Of a DNA stretch of 64,000 nucleotides, positions 8,958 through 19,891 are shown piece after piece. Location: contig JAIXPZ010000042.1 of NCBI GenBank assembly GCA_027486005.1, forward strand, positions 2,894 through 66,893. The letters are read 5' to 3'. The notes under the pieces were generated by a model. It was not told the origin of the DNA. It searched no databases and saw only the letters and a list, made by a program, of their open reading frames with translations. Each line of letters begins with the position of its first letter. Position 1 is the first letter of the stretch. A program made the position numbers and the translations under genes. This DNA is from Legionellales bacterium (GTDB taxonomy: Bacteria; Pseudomonadota; Gammaproteobacteria; JAGOUN01).

Positions 8958-11900
8958 TTACCTATTAGTTATGCCTTTTAGATTAACATTGTTTACGGCA
9001 AAAAAATCTATCTTTTGGAAGAATCCAACTTTTCTTAATGCTCCACCTGATTCATTTAATTTAAATTGTTCTGCATAGCCTAGATAAGAAACTGTTGATG
9101 TAAAAAATAATGCAAGTCCTATGGTAGGTTGGAGAGCAAATAATCCCATGCCAGCCATATAAATTATAGTATGGCCCCATCGACCTTCCTCAGCTGTATC
9201 ATTTTTCTTTTTGACTTCTAAAGCAACTTTATCTTTAGCGTCTTTAGTGGCAGGTGATTTTTCTTTAGCCGATAGCTCATCTAATTTATTTTGTGCCTCT
9301 GGATGACCATACGCTATTGCTTCTTGAAAGTAGAATTTTGCAGACTCTACATTTTTTTCATGAACATACAACATCCCTAAATAGAAATTTGCTTGTGGAT
9401 TACCACTTACTGCTGCCACTTTCAGTTCATATTTTTTTGTACAGTTTATTCGATCAAGATTTATATTAAAAACAGTATCTCCAGCCGCCAAGAAAATTTG
9501 TGCTGCTCTTTGAAAAAGCAAAAGGTTTATATAGAAAAGGTTATATGGAATGACCGCACAAACCATCGTAGAATATATCGAAATATTAATGTAATATTTC
9601 TTGAGATACGCTTCCCATGAATACAACATATCTTCCATGGTTTTAAAATAACTTACAGTGTCTTTCATGGAATTTAGTAAATCGCTCATGATTTTTTCTC
9701 GACTTGAGAACAAAGCCATCCCTCTTCTGTTACCTAAATTCTCTAAGAATTTTCCTAAAAACAATCGGCAATATGCTCCCCATTCATTTGGATTCGGCTC
9801 AAGAAAATAATGATGGATTTCAGGGATTTTTAACAGCTGCTCATGAACTCTAGCATCCATTAATCTTTCAAAAGTCAGGTTATTTTTTAAATCAAGCAAT
9901 ATGCTACCTATAGCAATCAACATTTCAATGCAAGGAGACACATAGCGCTCTAAGCGATAGTCGCCAATTTCACTTTTACCGCACAATTGGCGAAAATTTT
10001 TCGCAACAGATAAAACAGACTTAATTACATCTAAAATGTATAATGAAAAAGCCTGTGCGCTTGAAGCTTGTGTATTTACTAAAAGCACGAGGTTTCTTTC
10101 AACTACTTTAAGAGTTAGTTCTGCAAATCCAAGCGCAAGGTCAGCATTATGACGCCATGATTTTAAATTGTTATCTAATTGCTTATTCTGCACCCACAAT
10201 TTGTTCAACCAATAAAAAATATCTAACCCAAATTGAGCTGTATGAGCTCGACAAATAAAATAATTAATAGGCAATGCCTGCTCAAGAATTAGTGTATAGC
10301 GCAATAATATTTTTTCAGGCGTTACTGCTGGAGTATTATCATCCTTTTTAGAGCTATTTGGTAACTCGTCTACTTTTGTCTCCGGCTGAGCAAGATACGC
10401 AAAATGTATTTTTATTTTTTCTTCTAATGCCTGTTTTTCTTTTAAATAGTTTTCTTGATAAGCAAGGTATTCCTCGCTAGTCTTTATGGCTAATGCAATC
10501 TCAGATTCAGCCTCCATAAGCAGCTTAAGTTGCTCCTGAACTTTTTTCTCACTTGTTTTCAATGCTTCTATTTTTTCACTTTCATATTTTTGATGGTCAA
10601 CATGCAGCTTATTTAATTTAAATTCATAAATGCGAGAAATAAATGTATGAATACGAATATTATTTACATCATTAACAAGCGCTTTATTAAGAGTAACGAT
10701 TGCTCCATCTGAATCTTCGGAATGAAACTCCGCCATTGCTTGCATAACAAGAAGTTCAATTTTTTTCTGATCTTCAATATTATCAATAGGAATACCAGAA
10801 ATCATGGGGCGAACTTCTTTAAATTTATTTTGCTGCATGTAACAAATAAGCAGATAATGCTCGAGTGCAGTTTTCAAATCAGCCTGGGGTTTTAACTTTA
10901 TCAATTGATCTATTCGTTTTTCTAAATTTTCCCAAGGAGTATTCTCACTAGGCTGACTAAGCTCTACGGTGATAGCAAGATACTTTAAATATTGTATTTG
11001 AGGGTTTTCGTCAACTTTATTGGCATCATATGTGTCTGTTGCTTGATTATTTTCGACTTCCTTATTGCCAGCAAGCTGTGCGTGCTTTTTATATGCCTTC
11101 TCTAGTTCTGTTACCTTTCCCAAGTACTGTTTGTAAGCTTCGATCTCTTGCGCTATAAGAATAAGCTGTTTTTCCTGCGTAGGTTGAGCCATAACATTTT
11201 TTTGTATATTTGTTATTTCTTGATTTTTATGCTGATGTAATTGATTTTGCTCTTGAATATAACTGTTCGCTAATGCTTGCTGAGCCTGTTGAAAATAAGG
11301 AGCGTCGGCATTTATAGCTAAAAGAATTTTTCGCCCTTCGTTAATTTCATTAAGATCACTTTTTTGTGTTAAAATCGTTCCTTTTATCCATAAAGCAAAT
11401 ACATTCGTTTGTTCCTTCTCAAGCATTTTTTTTGCTTCAGAAAGAGCTTCTTCAGTTTTTCCTCGTTGATAATAGCAAATAGTTAAATCTTGGTTAACTA
11501 ACTGCGCACTGGGATTATCTGCCTTATATTTTTTTAAATCCTTTTCCCATTTCTCTAAATCTTCAGGTGAATCGCCTGGGGATGTTCTGATTGGATTAAT
11601 TAAATATGACAATTCATTATCTCTTTCGTATTTATAAACGCGACCATTTTGTCTTTGTTGATATTTATCCCATGCTGCGCGAGCTCGTGTTTGATCACCT
11701 CTATTGATAGCCATATATCCATTCAAAAGAATATTATGCATATTTCTGTCAGATTGACTCCAACCAACATCACTTGCCAACAGTGCAACTCCAGAACCTA
11801 TGACAACGGGAGCCGAGATAATAGAAGCAATCCCCCCGCTAATCGTAACAACAACGGTGCTTATCCATGGGACACCAGCAGCAGAAACATAAGCGGCTCC

Positions 11901-14900
11901 TTTAGCAACTATGGCTGCTTCTTGTGCTTGCCCCGCTAATTTGCCTGTTCCATCCACACACGCGCTTAAAGTTATCCAGTCATCTTCGGCTTGTTCTTTA
12001 CCTTGCTTAATAATATATTCATCATCTCCATATAGATAAGTAATCCCTGCGCTAGCTGTCCAAGCACCCAAACGCACGAATGTCGCTCCCCCAGTAAGTG
12101 TAAAATTGCTGTAGATTGCATCGGATATTGTGCTGACATTAATGACATCAAGACTACTGATAACGTTCACAATGTTACTAACATCCTTACCCGCTTGAAT
12201 AAGATTGGTACCTTGATAAAGAACAAACGCAGCTTTACTAATTAATTCGTTACCACTAAGATTAAATCCTGTTCCGAACATTTCTCCAAGCACGACTTCA
12301 TCAAAAATCAATGTTACCTGAAGCACACTACTTATCGTACCAAATGACAAGCCACTCTCCAGATCTAATAAAATAGATTGATATTGGGTGCCTCCATAAA
12401 TCAATTTTCCTCCTGATATGCATCGATTGCATACCCATGTAGATGCTTGACGAAGTTTTCCCATAGGTATAAGAGGAACAATCAGTTCTTTGAGCTTAGT
12501 TGCAATTATTTCAATACCTTTTCCAACACACCCTAATCCATCATTGTTTATTCTTTTACATAAATTTCTAATTTCTGAAAGATCATTGCCTTCACCTAAC
12601 ACTTTTTGTATTTCGGCTACTTTTTTAAAATCATTATTTTTGGATGCTTGATCCAACTCTTTCGCAAAACATTGTTTAAAATAAGCAGATCCATCTTCAA
12701 CTTTATCTTCTGGTGTCCGTTGATAATTTTGTATTTCTTGAGAATATTTTCGGTAATGATCGACGGCCTTTTGAAAACTTCCTTTTGAACTGTAATAGTT
12801 AAGGATATTTAAAATAGTATCAGGATTTTCTAATGAGCACAGATTTATCCTTTCTAAAATATTATTGATAGCCACGTCATCGGAGATTTTTGTTTTTTCT
12901 TCTTGCTTCCTATGAGCAAAAAACAATAATTCATCTAGTTGGCTAATTTTCGTCGCGTCAGCTTGATGTTTTAGCGCAAGCTCTCCTAACGATTTAATTG
13001 CATCAGCTTCCAGTCCTTGTTCAAGACTTATACTTGCATCTTTCAATGAATAAAAATACGCTTCTTCTGCAGAACTTGCGATAGCAACAAATAACTTACA
13101 AAGTTTAGAAGCTTCAGGATAATTTTTTACTTGTAATTGATGATAAATTTCATTATGTAACAAAGCTTTAGTTTCTACGCTGAACTCAGATTGATTTGAA
13201 AGTTTTTTTAATTCTCCTACTGCACTAACAAAATCTTTATCTCTAGCATACATGTATGCGCTTTGTTCGACTACTAATTGATCATTTGGGAATTTTTTTG
13301 CTAATTCATGAGTCAGGTTTTTAAATTTTATTCTCTCTCCGCACTGTTCATAAAGATCACGTAATTTATATAAACTTTGCGTATCTGTACGCTTTTCTAA
13401 AACAGGAATATATTTTCCTGCCATCTCTGGATGAGTGTCTTTGTGCTTTTCGTAAAGGGCGTCAAGTTCTTTAGCTATAGAATCTTTTTTTCTTTTACTT
13501 TTAACAGTTTCTTGATAATATTTTCTTTGATCAAATATATTGGCAATTTTTTTAAAATCCTGAATACGATAGTGCTCTTGAATGGCAGATTTTGAGCGGC
13601 CTTCAACGATTTCTGCCTTATTTTGAGAATCAAAAGGTTGCAATTTAATAAATTGTTGCAACATGGGCTGAATATTATTTGAATTGATAGCTTGTTTTAT
13701 CGCTTGGTGTTCAGATTTTTTTTCATCAGGAAAATATCCTGTTTGTTTTGCCTGCAAAGTGGATTGTTCATTATAAGCATTAAGACCTTTTTTTAAGTCT
13801 TTTTTTAAATCTTCATCTGGATGCTTGGACAAAAATGCAGATCTGGCTTCTGGTACATACTCTGGATTATTAATTCCTAACTTTAAAATCATATCTTTTT
13901 TATCAGAATTTAATTTTTGACTATTAAGCACCGTGTCTATAAATCTTTCCATTTGTCGTGGGTTTTTAAAACCTCTATCAATAGCGTCAAAAAAGCGCTT
14001 CATTTCCTTTTGTTCTGGGTTCAACTCATACCAAGCAGCAAAATCTTGAGCTAATCGTATAATGCCAATGACTACACTAGCTGACACCTGAATATCTACA
14101 TTCATTTCACCCGTGATGCTCTGAGAACGAACAACAAAATCAGGCTTTCCATCAGGTCGTATTACAGGCGCGATCGACCACTGAGGTTCATTAGGCATGA
14201 GGTGATGATAGCTTCTTCTAGGATCTGACAGTAAATGGTCAAGCACAATTTTTTCTTGCATTTTCTCATGGAAATCATTAAATACAGCGAGGGTTGGTCT
14301 TCTATTTTCTGGACAAACATTTTCTTGATGAACTGGATTTTGTGATTTTCTGTCAACTGCGATACGTAATAACACTTTTTTAATAAGGTCTATGTCAATT
14401 TTTGGTGAATTTTGTGGTAAAAGTAAAGTAGCAGTGTTAATAGGAGCAGCCGATTTCTCTGTATTTTCAGATTGACCAACTGCCGCATCGTGTACTGCTT
14501 TAACGTCATCATTAACAGTAGATAAAGTGGGTAATTGAGTTTCATCGACCGGAGTAGGGGTTTGCACAAAAAATGAATTTAAAAATTCTCGTAATTGAGG
14601 CTTCCAGCATTCCTCGGTAGGATTCCATAGCGATTCTGTAAGATTTTTTGATATTGGAAGAGATACAATATAAGCCAGAAATAATCCAGAGGCTGTTATA
14701 GGTGCTCCTGCTATTGATGCGACCGCAGAAGCAGCCATAGCAGGCATCAATACAAGTTCTCCGACACGAAAAGGACCTTCTGTTATATGATCAACAATAC
14801 TATTTAAACCAGAGCCTATTGTGTTTTCGTACCATTTCAGCCCTTGAAAAAATACATTTAGTCTTGTCTCTACATTATCCCATATTGTGGCCTCTTGTTT

Positions 14901-15221
14901 TAATAGGCTGCCCATATGATGAAGATCACGAGATTGGTTAGCTAAAGCTTTCCGTCCTGCTTGCCTACCTCCATATAAGTTTTCTGCATTTTTTATTGTG
15001 GCCTTAGGTGCCCAACGTTTAATTTGCTTCCTAGAAATCGTTTGCCCTTCTCTTAAAAGTTTAGGAATAGCATAATATTTAATTTTATTGCTTTCTTTTA
15101 TAGGAGTAACAAAATTTGAATTAAATGAATCGATAGTATCAGATGAAAGAAAATTTTTTTTAGTGGTTTTTGATTTTTCAGAAACAGAATTATTTTCTAC
15201 TTCGCTTATATTACGTTTCAT
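8958..15221 (-). CDS. giant TPR/Sel1-repeat protein with hydrophobic segments, effector-like
   Basis: 2087-aa ORF with AGGAG RBS; TPR-like helices; Sel1 repeat (GNPQANFYLGMLY...AIAYGHPEAQ); three hydrophobic regions. Confidence 0.75.
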   Translation of the reverse strand: MKRNISEVENNSVSEKSKTTKKNFLSSDTIDSFNSNFVTPIKESNKIKYYAIPKLLREGQTISRKQIKRWAPKATIKNAENLYGGRQAGRKALANQSRDLHHMGSLLKQEATIWDNVETRLNVFFQGLKWYENTIGSGLNSIVDHITEGPFRVGELVLMPAMAASAVASIAGAPITASGLFLAYIVSLPISKNLTESLWNPTEECWKPQLREFLNSFFVQTPTPVDETQLPTLSTVNDDVKAVHDAAVGQSENTEKSAAPINTATLLLPQNSPKIDIDLIKKVLLRIAVDRKSQNPVHQENVCPENRRPTLAVFNDFHEKMQEKIVLDHLLSDPRRSYHHLMPNEPQWSIAPVIRPDGKPDFVVRSQSITGEMNVDIQVSASVVIGIIRLAQDFAAWYELNPEQKEMKRFFDAIDRGFKNPRQMERFIDTVLNSQKLNSDKKDMILKLGINNPEYVPEARSAFLSKHPDEDLKKDLKKGLNAYNEQSTLQAKQTGYFPDEKKSEHQAIKQAINSNNIQPMLQQFIKLQPFDSQNKAEIVEGRSKSAIQEHYRIQDFKKIANIFDQRKYYQETVKSKRKKDSIAKELDALYEKHKDTHPEMAGKYIPVLEKRTDTQSLYKLRDLYEQCGERIKFKNLTHELAKKFPNDQLVVEQSAYMYARDKDFVSAVGELKKLSNQSEFSVETKALLHNEIYHQLQVKNYPEASKLCKLFVAIASSAEEAYFYSLKDASISLEQGLEADAIKSLGELALKHQADATKISQLDELLFFAHRKQEEKTKISDDVAINNILERINLCSLENPDTILNILNYYSSKGSFQKAVDHYRKYSQEIQNYQRTPEDKVEDGSAYFKQCFAKELDQASKNNDFKKVAEIQKVLGEGNDLSEIRNLCKRINNDGLGCVGKGIEIIATKLKELIVPLIPMGKLRQASTWVCNRCISGGKLIYGGTQYQSILLDLESGLSFGTISSVLQVTLIFDEVVLGEMFGTGFNLSGNELISKAAFVLYQGTNLIQAGKDVSNIVNVISSLDVINVSTISDAIYSNFTLTGGATFVRLGAWTASAGITYLYGDDEYIIKQGKEQAEDDWITLSACVDGTGKLAGQAQEAAIVAKGAAYVSAAGVPWISTVVVTISGGIASIISAPVVIGSGVALLASDVGWSQSDRNMHNILLNGYMAINRGDQTRARAAWDKYQQRQNGRVYKYERDNELSYLINPIRTSPGDSPEDLEKWEKDLKKYKADNPSAQLVNQDLTICYYQRGKTEEALSEAKKMLEKEQTNVFALWIKGTILTQKSDLNEINEGRKILLAINADAPYFQQAQQALANSYIQEQNQLHQHKNQEITNIQKNVMAQPTQEKQLILIAQEIEAYKQYLGKVTELEKAYKKHAQLAGNKEVENNQATDTYDANKVDENPQIQYLKYLAITVELSQPSENTPWENLEKRIDQLIKLKPQADLKTALEHYLLICYMQQNKFKEVRPMISGIPIDNIEDQKKIELLVMQAMAEFHSEDSDGAIVTLNKALVNDVNNIRIHTFISRIYEFKLNKLHVDHQKYESEKIEALKTSEKKVQEQLKLLMEAESEIALAIKTSEEYLAYQENYLKEKQALEEKIKIHFAYLAQPETKVDELPNSSKKDDNTPAVTPEKILLRYTLILEQALPINYFICRAHTAQFGLDIFYWLNKLWVQNKQLDNNLKSWRHNADLALGFAELTLKVVERNLVLLVNTQASSAQAFSLYILDVIKSVLSVAKNFRQLCGKSEIGDYRLERYVSPCIEMLIAIGSILLDLKNNLTFERLMDARVHEQLLKIPEIHHYFLEPNPNEWGAYCRLFLGKFLENLGNRRGMALFSSREKIMSDLLNSMKDTVSYFKTMEDMLYSWEAYLKKYYINISIYSTMVCAVIPYNLFYINLLLFQRAAQIFLAAGDTVFNINLDRINCTKKYELKVAAVSGNPQANFYLGMLYVHEKNVESAKFYFQEAIAYGHPEAQNKLDELSAKEKSPATKDAKDKVALEVKKKNDTAEEGRWGHTIIYMAGMGLFALQPTIGLALFFTSTVSYLGYAEQFKLNESGGALRKVGFFQKIDFFAVNNVNLKGITNR

Positions 15222-15251
15222 AAAAGCTCCTAAATTATTTTATAAATATAT

Positions 15252-18200
15252 CTAAGCCCATGTCGCGCATAGTGTTTCTGCTTGCTCTAACACTAAGTCA
15301 ATTGCTGCGTCTTCTTTATCTTTTGGATATTTATATTTTCTCAAAATACGCCTCACCAGCAACCGAAGCTTAGCCCGTATACTTTCACGCACTGACCAAT
15401 CTACACTGACATTATTTCGAAGACTCTCTGTAAGCTCATATGCTATTTTCTTAAGCGTTTCATCGCCTAATTCTTTAACAGAAGCTTCATTATTTGCAAG
15501 AGCATCATAGAATGCTAGCTCGTCTTCATTAAGGCCTGTAGCTTCACCACGCTTAACCGCTTCTTGAAATTTTTTTGACATTTCACATAATTCTTCCATG
15601 ACCTGCGCAGTTTCAATCGCACGATTGTGATAACGTCGCATGGTATTGGTTAATAAATCTGAGAATTTTTTCTCTTGTACGACATTAGTAGCGAATCGTG
15701 TTTTAATTTCATCTTCAAGTAATCGTTCTAATAATTCAACGGCTAAATTTTTCTCAGGTAAATTTTGAACTTCTGCCAAGAATGCTTCGTCTAAAATACC
15801 AATATTGGGTTTATCGAGACCCACTGCGTCAAAAATATCGATGACTTCATTCGATACCACAGCAGAGCTAATAATTTGTCGTATCGCAAATTCACGTTCA
15901 TCGTTGGTGCGTTTCTTTTCTCTTTTTTCAGGTTTGGTGATGATGACTTTAATACCCTGCATAAATGCTACTTCTTCACGCACGACTTTAGCTTCATCTA
16001 AAGTGCAACATAAAGTGAATGCTTTCGCCATTGCTAATGCATTATCAGAAAACCGTTTTTTACCGTCATCTAAGCCCACAACATAATCGGCTGCTTTTCC
16101 TAGTAAACTGGGCGCGCACTTTAAAAAATCACTGTAATCAAAGCCATGTAGCATTCCACGTAAGACATCCAATTTTTCTTCCAATACTGCATACGCTTCG
16201 TGGACATCAATGGTGGGTCTGCCGTGTCCTTGGCTCGCAGTATATTCTTTTAAGGCTTTTTTCAAATCATTAGAAATGCCAATATAATCGACTACTAAAC
16301 CACCCTGCTTATCTTTGAAAACACGATTAACACGCGCAATCGCTTGCATGAGGTTATGACCTTTCATCGGTTTATCAACATACAAGGTATGAGCGCACGG
16401 TACGTCAAACCCTGTCAGCCACATATCGCGTACAATCACTAAACGCAAATCGTCGTTATGATCCTTAAACCTCCCTTCTAAATCTTTGCGTGTTTGTTTT
16501 GAATAAATATGCGGACGTAGCAAGGGCTTATCACTCGCGGAGCCTGTCATCACGACTTTCACTACACCAAGCTTGGGATCTTCATTATGCCAATCAGGAC
16601 GTAATGCGATAATCTCATTATAAAGATGCACACAAATATCACGACTCATGCCCACAATCATCGCCTTTCCAATTTGCACTTTGTTACGCTCTTCGAAATG
16701 CGTAACTAAATCTGCAGCCACTTGCTTGATTCGTGGTTCAGAGCCAACAATTTTTTCTAACGCAGCCCAGCGCGATTTTAGTTTTGCTTGTTCGCTGTCT
16801 TCTTCATCTTCGGCTAATTCATCGACGTCATCGTCCAATGCAATAATCTCATTACCATTTAATGATAACTTTGCCAATCGTGGTTCATAATAAATCGCCA
16901 CCGTCGCACCATCTTGTTGTGCTTGTTGCATATCGTAAATATGAATGTAATTACCAAATACTGCACGAGTATCTCGATCTTCACTTGATACGGGCGTTCC
17001 TGTAAATGCAACAAACGTGGCATTCGGCAATGCATCACGTAAATGTTGCGCATAACCGACTTTATATTTTTCGTGGCCTTCTTTACCTTTTAGCTCAGAG
17101 CTAAAACCATATTGCGTGCGATGTGCTTCATCTGCAATCACGACAATATTACGACGGTCCGATAACGTTGGAAAAATATCTTCATCTTCACCCGCCATGA
17201 ATTTTTGAATCGTTGAAAATATGATTCCACCAGAAGGCCGATTATTTAATTTAATTCGCAAATCTTGTCGAGACTCCACTTGCACCGCTTGTTCACGTAA
17301 TAAATCTTGCGATAATGAAAACACGCCAAATAACTGACCATCCAAATCATTGCGATCTGTGATTACAACAATGGTTGGGTTTTCCATTGCAGGTTCACGC
17401 ATCACTCGCGCGGCAAAACAGGTCATCGTAATGCTTTTACCACTACCTTGCGTATGCCAAACAACTCCTCCTTTGCGATCACCACCTGAACGTGAAGCAG
17501 AAACCACTTGTTGAATCGCTGCTCGCACCGCATGAAATTGATGATATCCAGCGATTTTTTTTATCAATGTATCTTTGCTTTCTTCAAATAAAATAAAGAA
17601 TCGTAAATAATCTAAAAAATAAACTGGCGCTAATATGCCACGCGTCAAAGTTTCTAACTCATGAAACTTCCCCAGCGGATCCAGCGTCACACCATCAATC
17701 GTCCGCCACGACATAAACCGTTCCATATCCGAAGACACAGAGCCCATGTGCGCTTCGATGCCATCGGAAATAACCAATATTTCATTGTATTGAAAAATAT
17801 CCGGTATCTGTTCCTTGTAAGTTTGTATCTGATTAAATGCTTTTCCAATATCCGCATTTTCATCAACAGGATTTTTTAGTTCAATTAAGACCAATGGCAA
17901 ACCATTAATAAACAAAACAACATCGGGCTTTCTCGTATGCTTCGCGCCCTTGATCGCAAACTGATTCACCGCCAGCCATTCATTAGCCGACGTATTTTCA
18001 AAATCAATCAAGTTCACAAAGTCGCCGCGGGTTTCATCATCTTTTTGATACTGCACTGGAACGCCATTCACTAAAAAATGATGTAATTGACGATTAGCGG
18101 ATAATAAAACAGGGGTATTTAAATCGCGCACTTGTTGTAACGCATCTGCACGTGCTGCCAAAGGAATCGTTGGATTTAGTCGATCAATGGCATTACGTAA

Positions 18201-18341
18201 ACGCTCAAGCAATAGAACACCTTGGTAATTGCTACGCTCAGGTGACGGCCCGTCACAGGCAATATCTGGGCCATAAAGATGCATATAACCGAGATTGGAT
18301 AACCAAGTTAGCATTTCCTGCTCTAATTTATCTTCTGTCAT
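15252..18341 (-). CDS. hsdR: type I restriction endonuclease subunit R
   Basis: PD..IELK nuclease, HTQGSGKS, DEAHR, FTGTP, MWLTGFD, QAIARVNR. Start likely ATG 18341 (MTEDKLEQ) after GTGAGGA. Confidence 0.96.
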   Translation of the reverse strand: MTEDKLEQEMLTWLSNLGYMHLYGPDIACDGPSPERSNYQGVLLLERLRNAIDRLNPTIPLAARADALQQVRDLNTPVLLSANRQLHHFLVNGVPVQYQKDDETRGDFVNLIDFENTSANEWLAVNQFAIKGAKHTRKPDVVLFINGLPLVLIELKNPVDENADIGKAFNQIQTYKEQIPDIFQYNEILVISDGIEAHMGSVSSDMERFMSWRTIDGVTLDPLGKFHELETLTRGILAPVYFLDYLRFFILFEESKDTLIKKIAGYHQFHAVRAAIQQVVSASRSGGDRKGGVVWHTQGSGKSITMTCFAARVMREPAMENPTIVVITDRNDLDGQLFGVFSLSQDLLREQAVQVESRQDLRIKLNNRPSGGIIFSTIQKFMAGEDEDIFPTLSDRRNIVVIADEAHRTQYGFSSELKGKEGHEKYKVGYAQHLRDALPNATFVAFTGTPVSSEDRDTRAVFGNYIHIYDMQQAQQDGATVAIYYEPRLAKLSLNGNEIIALDDDVDELAEDEEDSEQAKLKSRWAALEKIVGSEPRIKQVAADLVTHFEERNKVQIGKAMIVGMSRDICVHLYNEIIALRPDWHNEDPKLGVVKVVMTGSASDKPLLRPHIYSKQTRKDLEGRFKDHNDDLRLVIVRDMWLTGFDVPCAHTLYVDKPMKGHNLMQAIARVNRVFKDKQGGLVVDYIGISNDLKKALKEYTASQGHGRPTIDVHEAYAVLEEKLDVLRGMLHGFDYSDFLKCAPSLLGKAADYVVGLDDGKKRFSDNALAMAKAFTLCCTLDEAKVVREEVAFMQGIKVIITKPEKREKKRTNDEREFAIRQIISSAVVSNEVIDIFDAVGLDKPNIGILDEAFLAEVQNLPEKNLAVELLERLLEDEIKTRFATNVVQEKKFSDLLTNTMRRYHNRAIETAQVMEELCEMSKKFQEAVKRGEATGLNEDELAFYDALANNEASVKELGDETLKKIAYELTESLRNNVSVDWSVRESIRAKLRLLVRRILRKYKYPKDKEDAAIDLVLEQAETLCATWA

Positions 18342-18368
18342 TTTCGTCCTCACTATCCTTTTCTCGGT

Positions 18369-18451
18369 TTTGCGATGAAGCACTTAAGTATTTGATTTAT
18401 AATAACTTTTAACATTTTAACTCTAATAATCAGGTTTGCGATGAAGCACTT
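18369..18451. repeat. 17-bp direct repeat pair flanking an IHF-consensus site
   Basis: TTTGCGATGAAGCACTT at 18369-18385 and 18435-18451; AATCAAATACTTA (minus strand) overlaps the end of the first copy. Confidence 0.7.
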
Positions 18452-19861
18452 TTATGCCCAAAATGGCAAATATTTGATATATCGTGTAGAGCTTGATTCA
18501 ACATCATCGAGTTTAATTAATCCTGCTTCCTTAGTCGCCTTAATAATAGCAGAAACAATAGTCGCCGCCGATTCTGGTAATTTGAACCGCTCCCGCAAGG
18601 TTTGATTCGACATTTTCTGGTGGTTAACATACAGCAAGCAGCAATGCTGATAACAAGCTCTTATCCTGTCTTTTTTGCTCATATCTGCAAAATCTTGATG
18701 CGCAAAAAGTATAGCGGTTGTGCGTATCTCTCCCACTCTAAAATCAGGCGCAGGCAATTGATAATCTTCAACTGCTTTTACAACCTTATCAACACCACTG
18801 CCCTTTTCTTCACAAATACCAAATCGGCGCATAATATCTGCTAATTTCTCATTACGAGATTGGTATTCATCAATAAAGCGTTCGACCTTAATCGAAGGCA
18901 GGCCAGGATTAGAAATTTCTAAACGATTAGAATACATTTCTATCATGACGGACATGCCTGTCATCGTAAAATCTTGATGCACCAGCGCATTAGCAATTAA
19001 TTCACGTAAAGCTTGTTTTGGAAACATTTTAATTTCTTCACGTACTCCTTGCTCAATAAAATGATTTTGCGGCGCAGCTGAATGAATAAAGTCAACGATG
19101 CTATCAAAATCAACCGCATAACCTTTTGTTTCTTGTTTATCATCCTGCGTAGAAAGTTTATCGATACCTTTATAAATAACAATACGAGGTGCTTTACGGG
19201 CTAAAGATGAAGAAAACGCATCTAAACGCTTCGCCAGTAAAATCGCTGCTAAATTTAAAATTATCCAACTACCATCTTCTTGCTTAATGAGGCCTTCTTT
19301 GGCAAAACGATCTAAAACCGCATCACGCGTGGTTGGATAAGGTAACTTCATCAAATCAAAATATATTTGTGTATCTAATAAAGAAATAACATCATCCGAG
19401 CTGGCATCTGTTTTAGCAGCTTGCTCTAACCAACTAGGTTCTCCTTCAGAAAAAATTCGGCGCAACTGATCTTGTGTCATGGGCACTAATTCTTCCCCGG
19501 AACGCATTAAATACTTTCCATCAAGTTGATATGCTTGTCCTATTAATCGAGAAGGAATTTCAAAAATCAATACACGCTCATCAGAATGGTGTAACTCAGT
19601 CACATCAACACGAAAATGTAATTTTGATAAAATATAAGATTTTATATCACCAATATTGAGAAACGCTTGGGTGCCAACAACTTTACGAGGAGGTTTATCA
19701 CTAACACCGAACACCAGATAGCCACCGCGTTCATTAGCAATAGCCACACAATATTCTAATAATTTCGTTTTATCATACTGTTGTTTAGCTTCTTTGAATT
19801 CAAGATTCTCATTTTCTTTTGGAATAATTAGCCAGCGATTTAGCATATCTAGGGTGGTCAT
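18452..19861 (-). CDS. Schlafen/AlbA_2 domain + HATPase_c_4 (RecG C-terminal-like) + wHTH protein
   Basis: ENENLEFKEA, AIANERGGYLVFGVSD; ALRELIANALVHQDF, EISNPG, RNEKLA, EEKGSG. Confidence 0.85.
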   Translation of the reverse strand: MTTLDMLNRWLIIPKENENLEFKEAKQQYDKTKLLEYCVAIANERGGYLVFGVSDKPPRKVVGTQAFLNIGDIKSYILSKLHFRVDVTELHHSDERVLIFEIPSRLIGQAYQLDGKYLMRSGEELVPMTQDQLRRIFSEGEPSWLEQAAKTDASSDDVISLLDTQIYFDLMKLPYPTTRDAVLDRFAKEGLIKQEDGSWIILNLAAILLAKRLDAFSSSLARKAPRIVIYKGIDKLSTQDDKQETKGYAVDFDSIVDFIHSAAPQNHFIEQGVREEIKMFPKQALRELIANALVHQDFTMTGMSVMIEMYSNRLEISNPGLPSIKVERFIDEYQSRNEKLADIMRRFGICEEKGSGVDKVVKAVEDYQLPAPDFRVGEIRTTAILFAHQDFADMSKKDRIRACYQHCCLLYVNHQKMSNQTLRERFKLPESAATIVSAIIKATKEAGLIKLDDVESSSTRYIKYLPFWA

Positions 19862-19891
19862 ATAGAGGCCTTATTCTATAAAAAATTATTT

